Origin: Octopus sinensis
Lineage: Eukaryota
Direction: 5' to 3'
Length of the DNA stretch: 64,000 nt
NCBI RefSeq assembly: GCF_006345805.1
Contig: NC_043001.1
Coordinates: 114,204,001 to 114,268,000 of the forward strand
Shown in pieces: positions 24,671 to 39,410 of this stretch. Within the stretch, counting starts at the first letter, position 1. Every line of letters begins with the position of its first letter. The position numbers and the translations under genes are program-made. A model generated the notes under the pieces. It was not told the DNA's origin and did no database searches. It saw only the letters and a list, made by a program, of their open reading frames with translations.

Positions 24671-27600
24671 GGAAAATACAAGGGAAAATCTTATATGCTT
24701 CATATGATTCCGCACAAAAGTAGATTAATTACGGATATTATATTCATATTGCAATGCCATTACTGAAAATTTCAAAACTTGGTGTATTAATGTAGTTTTC
24801 TAAGCTGAATCTCCGGAAATATTTCACATATTCCAGAAAATTTAAAATAAAAATCTATAGAGGTTTAAAGTTTGATAATTTTTCCCGCAGTCATAAAACA
24901 GGATTTGGAAGCTGTCATTTTGTGCGTGACGTGTTTTAGTATGAAACTCTAAATAAATCAACTTCTGCTTTACGCATCATAAGTTTTTAGTTTTTGGAAT
25001 TATCAGAAAATATTTGTGCATTTGCATTCTACATTCGGAAATTCATGCGATTATGCAAAGACAGGAAAGAAATTTAGGGTGCCTGATTTAAGGCCTATTA
25101 GGCTGTTATTTTTAGCACATCTCTCGATCAGAGTACAAGTAGCAGAACACAGCATCAACGCATAAGCTTTTGAGTAGAATATATTTGTTAACACGTTCTA
25201 TCTCACAGACAAAAGAGTTCTCGCGTTTCGCCTGTTACTATGGATACAGGCATGAATGTGTCTGCGGCTTACGATTGGCTAAAATTACCCCCAAATTTGC
25301 AAAATTCAAGGCTAATACCTCTTTATTTACTTATTTATAGCGAAATTGAATTTCATGGCATTGATAAGCATATAGAACTGCAGCATTGCACCGAATATGA
25401 AATCAATTCGAACAGAAATTGAAGAGATTGAAAGTTGTTAGCCATACAGAAAAGTTCCTAAAATTGTCACACATAAAAAATGTAACGCATGGAACCGGAC
25501 ATGAAATATAAAGGAACTTTAACGGCTAAAATATGAACGGGTGAAACAAATGAACATGTGACTGCTAAGACAGCAAGCTAACGCTCATTAAACTTTTGGT
25601 ATGGAAGCCTATACGAAGGCGATCAGTATATAAGAAACAAACACAAAAGCCAAATATATTTAGTTCAGCTATTAATAATAAGACTGCCAATGTCTAAAAT
25701 CGTTGGATATGAACGGAACTCTACTGTTCCAAACCAACTGTCAAAAGCTAATAAGTGAAGAGGATAGATATAATTAAAAAGATACACTGTTGCGTAATTA
25801 ATGAAATATTCAAAAGCAAAATACTCTTCCCATTTGTCCAAATACGCGCACACACACATACACGCACGCACGCATGCAGACATATATACACACACGCATG
25901 TATGCACGCATACACATATACATATATCTGCATATATATATATATATATATACATGCACAGATACACACATATGTACATATGTGTATATTTTTACTTCAC
26001 GTCGGTGAACATGACATATATCTTGTATGTGATGATACGTCTCTATTCAATCGTATATTCCCGTATATATATATATATACACACACACACATGCATAAAT
26101 GCAGACACCCACCAACAAACACGCTCACATTCTCTCACACTCACCGTCATATACAGACACACGCACAAAGAAACGCACTGACAAACGTGCACTCACACCA
26201 ACACACACACACACATATATATACACCTCGTACTTATATGATTATATGATGCGGAATTTTGTCACGCAAACTCCTCCTATATCTTTATTAATCAACTATT
26301 TATTGTTTCAGTTTTATCTTTCCAGTCAACTCAATTTTTTTCTCCTCTATTCTTTGTTCATGATTTGTTAATGGCTTCTAGACACGAAACCAAAACTTGG
26401 TCAGCTATCACAAGATTCTGCTGACAAACCTCTAATGTAAATTGTTGCTGAGCAGTTGAACAATATGCTTAGCCAAATGGTGTTTAGATTTTATCAGTTC
26501 AAACCACTTCTGTGGCGTTTATTTTATGTCATTCTATTGGAATCACAAATGAGTCAATGTTTTTTTTTTCTGTCATTCTTTCAACTGTATTATAAAGAGT
26601 TTTGACTTTATAGATCCTGTAAATAACTTGAAATTAATGAATGTTACTATGTTAGCACTGCATTGGATATGTTATGGGCATCAAGATAAGTCCCTACGAA
26701 ACAATGGCCTCTATATCTCTCCTTCCTTCGTTAATGCCTGCCGTGTTACCTAAAATAGCTCATCCTCCTGCAAGCATATGCGTATAAAAGAATGATGGAT
26801 GATGTGCCTGGCGCATTGACTTTCAGCGCTATTTTCTAAATTTGATTATGATTTCCTTCTTATCCATCCATTTTTAATCCTATATTTTGTAGAATCTTGT
26901 TGCAGAATATCATTTTTCTACGAGTCGATCTCATTTCAGTTTGCTTTGCTTGACATGCGGAATTTTATATTTATTGACAACTCAAGTCACACGAACAACC
27001 TGATTTGTTTCTCATCCCTTTAAGACCTACAAAACGTACTAACATATAGTGGTGCATTAGCGGAAATGTAAGAACATAACACTGAATACTGTGCACTATC
27101 AGTCACTGCTCTTTTCATTCTGTGATCAAATCCCACTGCGCTAATCTCGCCACGAGTTGAACTCCACCACGTGTCACCTTGGGTCTTTTTCAAGCATTGA
27201 AACTAGGTTTCCCGTTTTAGGATTCCTACCTCCTCCCCAAATGTCTCAGAGAATCTGAAAATGGTGTTATGCAATGTCTTTCATTCTGCCTAAAAATTAA
27301 AAAATCAGCAACCAATAGTATTTCCCTATATATTATTTTGCGAAATGGAAACGTAGAAATAACTTGTATTAATTTTAGACTAAAATTTAAAATCAGTAAG
27401 TATGACTTGAGGAAATTTGAATGTTGTTTCTAACAGTTCAAGCGCCCTAATAGAGCTTTCAACTTTGGCTCGATAGTTAGTAGCAATCTAATGTGGTGAA
27501 ATAAGTCTGTAATCCTGTTTCTGCTATGTATCCACAATTGTCAGTAATATCCAATAGTATTACTATTCCTCTAAAAAATGCATCTAACGTAGAAATAACT

Positions 27601-28839
27601 TGTATTAATCATCGATGAGAACCCAATACTTTCGGTGAGTCTATTTTTGCACCATATGAAAATTTTCGATAAGTTCTTTTTCAATGAAAAGAAGTTGAAC
27701 GCCATACTGTATTATTCTTCATCTCACATAATGTCATACTGCTTTTGAGACTAGCAAGTGCCTCGCCGACCAGTATTTCCTAATTTTCTAATATGTTCAC
27801 GTAAAATCTTGTATAGAACAATTATTCCATGCCTTGGATGGTTCTACTACAGCACAGGCAACTATTCTGAGTTGCATGAAACGAAGGGCCTCTCAACTTA
27901 GAGGAATGGAACTACTCAAACTTCTGTACGACTTATATTGCTTTTATGATTCCGTCCTCTGAACAGCATTTTAAATCTCTTCCTGGCAACGATTTAATGC
28001 TATTCGAGAAGACGAGTAACTTCAACGATGTCTCGGGTTTCATCATGCAGAGGCTCTGGATCTACAACATACATCCAAAACAAACTGTTCCATAAATATG
28101 TCTCCTTTGCTCGTATTCATAATGTGAAAAGCTGTAAAGAGGCTTAGACACGTGCTGCTGCTTTGACTAACTTCTTGAAAACCAAGCTGAGAACTAGAGC
28201 AAAGCAACACATCTGAGGTGTTTAAAGTTAAGAGTAGTTCTTGAAATATAACTATGAATGAAATGTTAAGCAAGAATCATTTGGAAGACAATGCGTCAAT
28301 GATGAGACACTCGGAACTACTATAGTATTGTTAGGATGAATTCCATGGCAGTAGCAGCGATAGGAAATCCGTGAGAAATATTCATGTGCAGCAGATTTTG
28401 ATGCGGGGTAGCCATATCCAAATCATAAATATAGACTTGGTACAGTATACAGCTGATGAATTAAATTCTATTTATCCATCGGCAAATACAGGCGATGACG
28501 TTTCAACGTTTGTTATACATTTATCAATATTATATACCTGTCTAAAATTTAGTGATTGCTAAATAAACAATGAGATACATAATTCATTTGTGTAGAATAA
28601 CATACACAGTGTTATGTATATAATTTCACAGACATGCCAGTTGAATGATGTTGATTACGTCGAAGATAATACACTAGTATGTCATCTGAGTTGACACAAA
28701 TTATAATAAATTCATAAGTAAATTTGTATCTTTCATGATTTTGAAAGCAACACCCTTTCAGTGTGTATGATTAATAAACATATTTCGGTGATCAGAAACA
28801 TAGTTTTCGGTAATATGTCACAAGAAAATAAGACGGTGA

Positions 28840-29045
28840 GCTTATGGAATCGTTAGCACACCGGGGAAAATACTTAGCGGCATTTCCTCCAGTTTTACAT
28901 TCTGACTACAAATTACGCCGAGGTCGACTATGCCAGTGACCCTTTCAAGGTCAATAAAATAAGTACCAGTCGCACACTGGATCAAGGAAATCGACTTATC
29001 CCTCCTCTGAAATTGCCGGTCTAATGCCAAAATTTGAAATTAATA
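28840..29045 (+). mobile_element. SINE family B, variant tail (aaattgccggtctaatgccaaaatttgaaa)
   Basis: Shares gccgaggtcgac...ataaaataagtaccag central block with the 29930 copy; tail shared with 37975-38200. Confidence 0.65.
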
Positions 29046-29929
29046 TTTCATTAGAAAACACATGGGTTGCGCAGTAATTAACCGTGTATATATAATGCAG
29101 GCAAGCTATGTATTTTCTGTGCAGTGTGCACTGTACATATACTAATTTCAGCATTTAAATTTTTTTTAATTATATAACAAATGACAATGATACACAAATT
29201 ACTTAGATGATTTTAGAAATAATAGAAAGGTTTAAAACAAAGAGGAAAAGCGTAAATTATCCAAAGCCAAATGCTACTGTAAATTTGTTACTGAGAAATA
29301 ATGTTGAGTAATAATGCTCCAAGAATTCTCGAAATAAATTGACTTGAAAAATAAAATCGAAAGCATATCATGTATTTTCTCAAAGGAAATTTCTACAGTA
29401 TTTTTTTTTTAACAATAGTTATAAATAAATATATTGTTGTAAAAGGAGGTTGAAATGTATGTATAACCTAATAATAATTTGTGATATATTTTTGGTGACC
29501 TTTTAAAACAACACTGCGTTCTATTATCACTTGAATTCTTTCAGTCATTCGGATAGGTCATGCTTGGCATTCCCAACTATGACATTGACGATTACATCAG
29601 CAGTAGTATTTATCACCTGGTGCTTACTATTTTCCCCTATACCTGTAATTGAATGAGAGGCAAATTGGAATTCAGAGTTACAAGTACTAGAAAAGGTATA
29701 TTGTTAGACTTCTCCAAGTTCTGCATTGTATACAGCCAGTCGTAAAGAACCTTATAAAAAGAAACTCTGCTCAAAGTATCGTATATTTTGTTTTCAATAA
29801 GTCAACTCTAGTAAAATATAATGAACTGTACCTACTTCTGTTTCATTCCCATAACAACAGAGAAAAAAAAGTTAAGTGTGTGGAGAAAATTAATTTATTA
29901 TTGAAACAAACAAATAATTATTTGTTATA

Positions 29930-30147
29930 GGGTGGCGAGCTGGCAGAAACGTTACTTTGCCGGGCGAAATGCGTAGCCGTATTTCGTCTGCCATTACGAC
30001 CTGAGTTAAAATTCCGCCGAGGTTGACTTTACCTTTCATCCTTTCGGGGTCGATAAATTAAGTACCAGTTACGCACTGGGTCGATGTAATCGCCTAAATC
30101 CGTTTGTCTGCCTTTGTTTGTCCCCTTTTTGGGTAGTAAAGAAATAA
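29930..30147 (+). mobile_element. tRNA-headed SINE, family B, full length with 16-bp TSD
   Basis: gggtggcgagctggcagaaacgtt...cctttcatcctttcggggtcgataaattaagtaccag...gtagtaaagaaat; aaataattatttgtta at 29912-29927 and 30148-30163. Confidence 0.9.
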
Positions 30148-33100
30148 AAATAATTATTTGTTAGTTTGAAGATTAAATCCGTATGTCGTGTGTAGAAGGG
30201 AAATATATTTTCCAAATGTACTTTTGTCGAATGGCCGAGGGAATAATAATTAATTCAACCTTGTTTTTACTATTAGACTGACCACATGACAGTTTTGAAT
30301 CGTCAGAGTCGAAACTCCCCACGGCATACGAACATATTTTAACTGAGATACTTGACTATATATTCTCTATCGACCAATATCAACGTGTTACTTCGGAATC
30401 AATATTTTTCTTACACTCAGAATATATTTTGCAAATATTTAAAATATAAGGAAATGTTTTTGTTCGCCATACAAGGTCATATATATTTGTAAATTATTAT
30501 AAAATCGTACTTTCACTACTAGCCCTTATTCCTTTGAATGTTGGTCAGGGCGATGTAAACGATATATGGTTTATCACAAAGGCAATAGTAGCATACCTGA
30601 AATTTAACTTATGGGTGTTAACTTAAAATAGAAACCCAGTGACGCATATTTCTAAAGTGAGCTTTCCGTATATTTAAGTCAACTGTAATTGGCGTTAAGT
30701 AAATAAAACCCGCTGTAACGTATCTAGGTTTATTAAATCCTTCTGATGCTTGCTATAAGCACAGTTTTTAGTATAGACATGATAATTTATCTACAACTGA
30801 TATAAACATAAACATTTACATATATGTGTGAAGCACACAATCACGAACACATATAAAATACACACATACACGTATATATATATATATATATATGTATGTA
30901 TAACAGATGTATATATGAGCGTGTGCATAAGTGTGTGTGTGTGTGTGTGAAAACAAAAATAGAATGAGCAGACCTTAGTAAAAGAAAATTGATCATATAT
31001 TTACTTGTTATCTGATATGTGTGATCTGAGTTCACTTTAAGCCATACATTTATGCATGATTTTGATATATCACGTAGACAGTAGGGGTCCTGTAAGGAAG
31101 ATATTTTCTTTTTAAAAATCCTGTAAACTTAAGAGGATAAGGATATACAGATGTATAGGTATGAATGTGAGCCTCTGTATGTGTATGCAGTGAAAATGTA
31201 TTTTTTTAACGCTTTCAATCGATTCCGGCGCATGTGTTATTTTTATAAGCTTTTCTCTTATCTCGTCTTTTATTTTTCCCCCCTTTCAAGTGTTTTGCTC
31301 GTCCTTCGATTCGTATGTTAGCGTAAAAAATATTATTCATATATTCTAAACGATAGCAATGTTACCATATAGAAAATGAGGAGGTGAAATATATTTTAGT
31401 TTTGTAATATATAATATGGACAGAGCAGGTGGTGAAGACGCGCGGTGAGGCACAGAAAGAAACGTAGAATAAATGAGTAGTTGAGTGAATGATGTATATG
31501 AAGAGAAAATCTTACAAAACTAAAGAAGACAGCAAGCAACTTGATCGTTATTCTGTGGAAAATAAGAATAAGAAGTAGAGTTGTCGAGATAATATTATAT
31601 CCATATTCATTTCTAATTGCTACTGTATTCCTGTCAAATCTCAATGACATGCTCTCAGCGATTCCTGTAACTGCCCTTTGGCAATGTTGAATTCTTAATG
31701 TCAATGATTGACATGGCGTCTCTGCATCATTTCCGAATATCTGCACAGTAATTTTAACGGTCGGTTTTTACATCCTATCTCTGCATCTCACCGCCATCTT
31801 CCCTTCTCGCTTTGCTTTTTCTCAGTTTGTTGTAAAGCAAACCTTTTTTTTTTATAATCTCTTTTCCTTTCACCAACATTGATATTGTTAAGTATTTTCT
31901 GTGCTCATCCCGCTCATGTTTTTGGTTACCGTTATAGATCAAGTACAGAATTCAAACGGAAATAAAGTTTTCATGCTACACGACATCTCTTCAAGAGAAA
32001 CGCATAGAATTTCATTTAAAGTTGAATCGTAATTAAACTGATGCAAAAGTAAAACGAAATGATTCAAGAATGCAAAACACTTAACTAAAATATATCCTCA
32101 ACTATAAATAAACACAAAAACAATTATGGAAATACTTCAATTTGCATTATCATTCGCGCTTTTTCAGTTTTTCCTTTTTCTAATTCTAGTTTGTTGTATT
32201 TCTAATTCTTGTTTGAATATTAATGAATTCTGGTAGACAGTGTTAAGAGATTAAGTGCCATAAATTTTCAGTGGAAAATTTTGCCGATTCTTAAATACAA
32301 AAAAAAAAAGAATGAAAACAGAACTAAATGGTTATTTCTTCAGAAAAGATGGCTAGCTTTTCATTTAAGATAATGTCAAACGTATCTTCCTGACAAACAC
32401 GTTTCCCTGTATTGTATAAGTGGGTATGGACATACGCGGCGTATGCGAATGTGCACGAGGATATTCACTGGTTTTCTTTGTATTGTTCCGTCCGTTCCAG
32501 TCTCTCTCTCCTTTCTCTGTCAATACCCCTCTATCTCATTCTCTCTCTTTCTTTACTATTATATTATACACTCACACACACACACACAGATATCAGTATG
32601 TATGAATGTATATCTGTCAGTAAGATCGTATTGTACCCTTGTCTGTGTATGAACATATATAAACTTACTCTAAATAAATAGCAGAGACATCAATACCATT
32701 TCATCCTTAAGCAAAAACAAACAAACAAAAAAATGGAGAAATCATTTACCATTGGTTGTATTCTTTTTTGTTTGGGTTCATTTGAGTTCTCCGCTGGTGA
32801 TTTAGCAGAGTAAAGGTTAACACCACTCAGCTACTCTCACCTCAATCCTGTATTTTATGTAATTTGTGTCTCACTTCTGGTTCTATCTGTAAGTAATACA
32901 AGGCGAGCAGAATACCGTCTCATACTAAACTCACTCTTCCCACAAGGGAACTTCCGATAACTGGAAATAGTGCCAAAAGAGCAGCAAGTTAATATTTGAC
33001 TCGAATATGGCACTCCATCTACGCAAGTATTTATCTAACAACGCTTACAAATCAGTCTGTCCAAACTCGTAGACAACATACTCCCCTTCACAGCATTTGC

Positions 33101-33220
33101 ATTATACCTCCTTCGGTGCATCACATAACATGAGCCACTCGGTGGTCAATAAGTTTCAAGTATTCTGGAATGCATAATGTACTACGTCAGTATTTTGTGA
33201 CAAAAATTAATGAGTGTCTT

Positions 33221-33276
<56 letters not shown>

Positions 33277-33360
33277 ATCTACCTATCTATCGATATCTTT
33301 CTCTCTCTTTTTTTCTCTGTTTCTCTCTCTCCCTCTCGTCTTTTCTTTTCACTGTATTTT

Positions 33361-33396
<36 letters not shown>

Positions 33397-33397
<1 letters not shown>

Positions 33398-34783
33398 TAG
33401 CAGAGAAACTCAGCGTTGCCGGTGTCACAAGGAATTGAAGAATTAGATTTTTCTTTTATATTTTCTCTAATGAACTGGGATATCTATGATTCGAATTTCA
33501 TCAAAATTGGAGATTAAGCATTCTAATGAGAGTTCTTTCCATCTTTACACACCCTAACAAAAATTCTATTCTATGCACAGATTCCAAAATTTATTAAGCC
33601 TATTCAACGGTTTTTGCTCCTAAAGAATGGCGCACATTGACCTCTAAAATATGGGCGTTAGGGCTCCTATTAAGGAAGGGGTGTCTTAAAGTCAATCAGA
33701 GAAGTTGAATTGTTGAGAATCTTTTTTAACTTGTGTCTTATATCTATTGTTCAAATTTCTTTGAAATTGGAAATATATGAATGTTCACTGCGTTTGTAAA
33801 AGAGAAAAAGCTACAGGAAACCAAATGACGAATGATCATAATAAGCAGTTAGCTACCCTACCCTAATCGTTACCTCTCCCCAATGTAGGATTTCTCACCG
33901 TAAGATGCATTGGAATGGCGTGACCCAACTTAAATGAACATTAGCAACTGTAGGACATGAGGGCTAAAGGGAAATGACAGTAGCACCTCTGGAGTTTGCC
34001 AATGATCACTATGCCGATAGGTAACTGAACAGAATAAATTTGCTATCTATAAACCTCTTTGAATGACCAATCACTTATCTGGAAAAGCCTTGAAATCAAT
34101 GTTACCATTCGGGGACTATCTCTGACCCAGTAATAATAAAAATACTCAAAGGAATTCTGCAACCAAATAACTTTACTCAAAATAACACTTTCCAACTGAA
34201 TCAGTAGAGGCAAAGATTCTTCTCCTTTACTTGACAATTTCTGCACCACATTGCAGAACTCACAATCTAAGTATATCTCAAAGCAAACTCTTACACTGTT
34301 GTACCATTGAAGTACAAATAACGCTGAGCTTGTATGCTCGGGTAACTCCACAGCTTCCAAACCAACAATTGTATTTGTCTTGGCTTAGGAAAAATGATTA
34401 AATTGTGGGGGTTAAGCCCCCACTAAGGGGACTTACTAACTCCTAAGAAGTTGAAATTTTAGTAATATTACTTCATTTGTATCTAATATCTATGTCTAAA
34501 ATTTCATCAACAGCAAAACTATATGGATTTTCATGGGGGTTATGGCCCCATTTATACCCCCTCACTCTCAAACGTATACTGCATTACAATCTGTTCTTAT
34601 GCATAGAAAATAATTTCCGAATATCATAAGGATCCATTCAGTAATTTTGGTCCATGAAATTGTATGAAACATACAGCATTACCCTTCTCCTTAGGCTTGG
34701 ATTTTGTGTTCCAAATTTCATTATGATCGGTGCAATAGTTTTCGAGTCTATACGTAACACACGAACGCACATAGGGACATTGG

Positions 34784-34800
<17 letters not shown>
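33397..34800 (-). mobile_element. Non-autonomous Helitron (~1.4 kb) with non-repetitive-looking interior
   Basis: Minus 3' end ggcaacgctgagtttctctgCTAG|t; 5' end merges into (TA)n then aagccaatgtccc; recurrent aaatttc...aaattgg/gatcgg subrepeats. 5' boundary approximate. Confidence 0.6.
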
Positions 34801-34833
<33 letters not shown>

Positions 34834-35249
34834 TATAATCAGCCGAAATTTCGAGGATGATCCGGTTCTTGACTGAAGATAAAATGCTCCGATTGACCCG
34901 TCCTTGTTTTTTTTTTTTGTATCGTCTATTTGGATGTTTTGTTATCCCCTTCTGTATCTCCTAGTTGTCCGGATGTTTTACGTTCTTGTCCCATTTTGTA
35001 TTTTATTTTATATATATATATATATTCACATATACATAGATGTGTGTGTGTATTATTTATTCACACAGTGATAGATACAGCTCAGTGGACAAACAAAAAT
35101 ATGAGACACTGCCTCATTACCACGCCTGCACCTATGATTTGTTACTTATAATCACATAAGTGTTTACGAATATTATTTATGAATATATAATAAAGGCATA
35201 CTCAGCTCGCACAATATAGCAATTTTGAGACTGTTCATATTGCAATGTA

Positions 35250-35600
35250 CCTACATTGAAGGTCCGATATTTAGATGCATATTATTGAAACCATACTTTT
35301 TCTGGTTCGGTTTTCGGTTTTCATACGTCATTTATTGTTACTTCCAAGTAGCTTGTCATGGATGCGGCCGGCATTTTCGGTTCATTCAGCAAGCTGACAG
35401 ACCGAAAATAGGCTACTCAAGCCTCTGCTTCTGCTCTATTAACACTACTCCAGGCAAGTATGACACCATCCAGATATTTTACCCCTGATCCAGAGCCGCC
35501 TTGGAGCAGCCCATGCTAACTCCGTATCCTAAGTGATGGTACTCCACATATTGGACCGTGTAATGCCCATAATTAAATATAGGAAATTTGATGATTTTCA
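35250..35600 (-). pseudogene. Ty3/gypsy RT relic
   Basis: LGYGVSMGCSKAALDQG then frameshift to GVKYLDGVILAWSS...LLNEPKM...SYLEVTINDV*KPKTEPEKV, resembling LPFG...YLDDILI...LN..KC...YLG..I...PDPEKV. Confidence 0.55.
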
Positions 35601-36143
35601 GACGTCATAAAAGTTGTTTCAGTCAAAGGACAATCAGTTATATGTGTGTGTATGTTTGTGTGTGTGTATGTTTGTGTGTATGTGCGCGTGTGCGTGCGTA
35701 TGTGTGTGTGAGTACGTGTGTGCATGTGTATATATATATATATACATATCCATACATATATACACACGTGTGTGCGTGTAAATAAACAGCGAAGGACTTA
35801 TCAAATACGCCTAAAGCATTATAGTATTTGCAATGTGAAGAAATAATCGAAAAAACTGAATTTTATATCTAGTAAAACTTAAACATATACATATACACAC
35901 AAACACATATAATACAATTAATATTTTAAAATATTCATTTTGTGCAGTCGTCCCAAGAAATGTATGATGGACATTGCAATAATAGTTTTAATTATACCAT
36001 CACAATGATGTTTTGTTTGGAAGTTCTGGTTCTTTGCAGTGTAGTTTAGATAGACACAGAGTATAGGAAGATTACTGCTAAGTTGGTAGTTGTAAGGGTG
36101 TATTTGAAGATCTTATTTCTGCTTACTCTCTCTCTCTCTCTCT

Positions 36144-36549
36144 ATTACTCTTTTCCTTGTTCCACTCATTTGACTGCGGCCATGCCGGAGCACCGCCTTT
36201 AGTAGAGTTAATCGACCCAAGGACTTATACTTTGGAAGCCTAATACTTATTCTATCGGTCTCTTTTGCCCAAACGCTAAGTTACGGGGACGTAATCACAC
36301 CAGCATCGGTTGTCAAGCGATGATGAGGGAGACAAACACAAACACACAAACATATACACAAACATACATATACATATACATATATACGACGGGCTTCTTT
36401 CAGTTTTCGTCTACCAAATCCACTCACAATGGTTTGGTCAGCCCGAAGCTATAGTAGAAGACACTTGCCCAACTTGCCACGCAGTGGGAATGAACCCGGA
36501 ACCATGTGGTTGGTAAGCAAACTACTTACCACATAGCTACTCCTGCGCT
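36144..36549 (-). mobile_element. SINE family A, full length
   Basis: Collinear with 7763-8173. Confidence 0.9.
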
Positions 36550-37039
36550 ATAAAGCTGTTTCATAAAGCTGTTTAAAAGAACGTGATATAACTGATATTT
36601 CTCAATCATGCACGCGTGCTTCATATTTTACTTAATTTAAGAGCAGTGTTGTGGTCATAATCATGAATTAAATTAAGGGGATATTATAAATTCTAGATTC
36701 CTTCAATTTCTGGACGTACTAGTATAGAGAGGTGGAACATAATTTATCTCTGGATCTTAATGAGACCGCATGTTGTATATATCTGGTTTCAATGTGTTCC
36801 TTTATATTCAACTAATCGATAGCGTGTTTAGCTGTTATATGTATTGTGACCTTCGTGAGGCATTATTCATTGAGCAGGCAAGACGTTGTTCTGCTGTAAT
36901 TAATTTCAGGTGGTTGATCTTAAATTTTCTTACTGCTATTACTGTAGTCACAAAGGAATATATACCAAGCGATTTTTCATACAGCTATAGCTAGGCTATA
37001 CATTATTCTTAATAAAGTGTTTCTGATATATATTACTAA

Positions 37040-37400
37040 TGGATAATATTTTCATTTCCAGCATCGATAGGAAATTTCTTACTCTATTAGATGTTACGCT
37101 CGCAAGGAAAGGTGGCGGTGAAGCAAGTAATTTGTCGTTTACGATATTTGCTTTTCTTCTTTCAAAATATTAATTTACAATGCATCGTTTTAGGTAACTA
37201 TAGAGGGGTTAAATATTTCCTTAGATAATACTGTGATATTTTCGAATAATATTACTGAATACATATTTTATATGTTTAATCACAGAGCCCATCGCACGAA
37301 AAATTCTTCTTTATTCATAATTTCTATTCCGTATTGTACTGCACATTGGGCTGTTCTAGAATGGCTTTCTTATAAGTTAATACCTTTCTCAAACTACCTT
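37040..37400 (+). pseudogene. Possible PLE RT motif 7/thumb relic
   Basis: KFLTLLDVTLARKGGGE and FNHRAHR resemble LPFLDV.V.R..DG and LVHRAHRIC; very degenerate. Confidence 0.3.
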
Positions 37401-37974
37401 CTCTAGATAACATGACATTGTGAGAGAATATTTGCATTATGTAAAAAAATTATTTTGAAACATGATAGGTGTTTAAATTATATGTGTCCTGAAAATTGCA
37501 CACATTCTCGTACGTAAATGTACACACATACACATACATGTAGTGCAATGAAGCGGAACGAGTTGTTCCTAGTATTTCACTGGTGTTTTATCAACCCCGG
37601 ACAGATGAAAACTAAAGTTTACATGAACAGGGTATGAAATCAGAGTACAGAAGCCCAGAAAAAAATAACGTACTATTTTATCCGTTTGTCTACAAATAGC
37701 AACATTTTAGAATCACATAATGAATAATATCTGAATTTTTCAGTAACTTAGCTGTTTATTAAGAAACTCCTTCTCTGCTACGGACAGACTGGATATACTT
37801 TCTGCTATTCCCGTATTGAACCATTATCAGGAAAAATATCGGCCCAACGCTTACCGATGAAGATGAGAAAACTTACGACGTTCCAGACCCTAATGAGTTC
37901 ATTTTTAGTACACGACGAGCCACTGTCGACAGGTGTACGATTGAAAAAAATATATCGGAAGGAGAGTGCATATC

Positions 37975-38200
37975 GTCTCTTCATATATCGGTTTCAAATT
38001 TTGGCACAAGGCCAGCAATTTGGAGGAACGGTTATAAGTCAATTAAATCGTCCCCAGGACTCAACCTGAAATTATTTTATCGAAATTGAAAGGAAGAAAA
38101 GCAAAGTCGACCTCAGCGGCATTTGAACGTAGAACGTAAAGACGAACGAATTGCCGTTCAGCATTTTTTGCCGCCGGCGTGTTTATGATTCTACCAGCTC
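37975..38200 (-). mobile_element. SINE family B, variant tail
   Basis: tttcaaattttggcacaaggccagcaattt tail and gcaaagtcgacctcagcggcatttgaac...ccagctcgccccct head. Confidence 0.75.
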
Positions 38201-38286
38201 GCCCCCTAGTCTCTCCATATATTATATAGAAACACGCATACACACATATATCATCCACATTGGAAGACCTGCGCGTATGCACACTC

Positions 38287-38353
<67 letters not shown>

Positions 38354-38569
38354 TACACATACACGAACTTACGCACAGATATATATTACATGCACGCATG
38401 ACTGTGCCTCTGTATTTATGCTTGTATATAGACAAATAACACATCCATTTATCTAAGTATAGATTGTTGAGTGTGTAAGGCTGATATTATTTCCTATTTA
38501 TATCACATACTTCAAAGAACTATACATACACTCCATAAACGAAAACACTTATCGCCAAAGCAATGCAAT

Positions 38570-38880
38570 GACATGGCCGCATTTCAATAATTGGAACGAA
38601 AGACTGGTAATATGTAAGCAATATATATGGTAAAATATAAAAATGCGATTTACACATTTTTTGCATGATATAACATACGGGGATTTTCCGATTCAGTAAC
38701 GAACATTCAGAACAAAATACCTTTGTGGAATATGTGAACTCTGAGAAACGAACAACTCAAAACTATTGAATTCCAGATCTCCAAACATATGTATGTCATC
38801 AACGCGTTTAAGACAGCGAAGTTATTTGACTTGGCATTTATATTCACATAATGACCTGACTGGTATTTGTGTTGGAGGTA
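38570..38880 (-). pseudogene. Possible PLE RT motif 5 relic
   Basis: LRCLKRVDDIHMFG...SHIPQRYFVLN resembles RYVDDIF...HP.I.FT.E; weak. Confidence 0.3.
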
Positions 38881-39188
38881 TCATATTTGAAGGTAGAAAT
38901 GTACAAGCAATTGTGAGGATATAGCTTCTGTGCGCGCGTGTGTGTGTGAAAGTGTGTAAGAGAGAGAGAGAGTGCGCTCGCTGTGTTTATGTAGACGCTC
39001 AAAAAATGTGTGCATATATCAGTGTTTGTGTGAAGGTGTGTGGGTGAAATGCTTAAATATGATTATATTTCTGTACGGGTGTTTTCTAGACGCTGCTCAC
39101 GCAGGCATGGATGTTCAACACATGCAATGTGTAAAATAATATTTTTCATACGCACACTCAAACACACGGACAAACTCGTACATACAAA

Positions 39189-39222
<34 letters not shown>

Positions 39223-39230
39223 ATATTATG

Positions 39231-39300
39231 TCGTAGTAGTTAAGAGCGCGGATTACTTACCCCAAGATTCCGAGTTCGATTCCAAGCAGTGACCTGAATG

Positions 39301-39348
<48 letters not shown>

Positions 39349-39353
39349 TAAAA

Positions 39354-39387
<34 letters not shown>

Positions 39388-39410
39388 TAATAATAGTAAT
39401 AATAATGATA
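39231..39410 (+). mobile_element. Short tRNA-like SINE head with (AAT)n tail
   Basis: gtcgtagtagttaagagcgcgg...ccgagttcgattcc (A/B boxes) followed by about 110 bp of (AAT)n. Confidence 0.6.

Noticed and set aside
27700-28350. Coding-looking stretch possibly from a transposase
   Set aside because: All frames interrupted and no motif recognised.
31396-31800. 116-aa minus ORF and an AAGATGGCG|GTGAGA start-exon-like motif
   Set aside because: No recognisable protein, second half is low-complexity, and signals do not form a consistent model; kept only as an RNA-seq check.
35250-35600. Minus frame with in-frame TGA (AEAEA*VAYF) as a selenoprotein exon
   Set aside because: Surrounding motifs fit a decayed gypsy RT.
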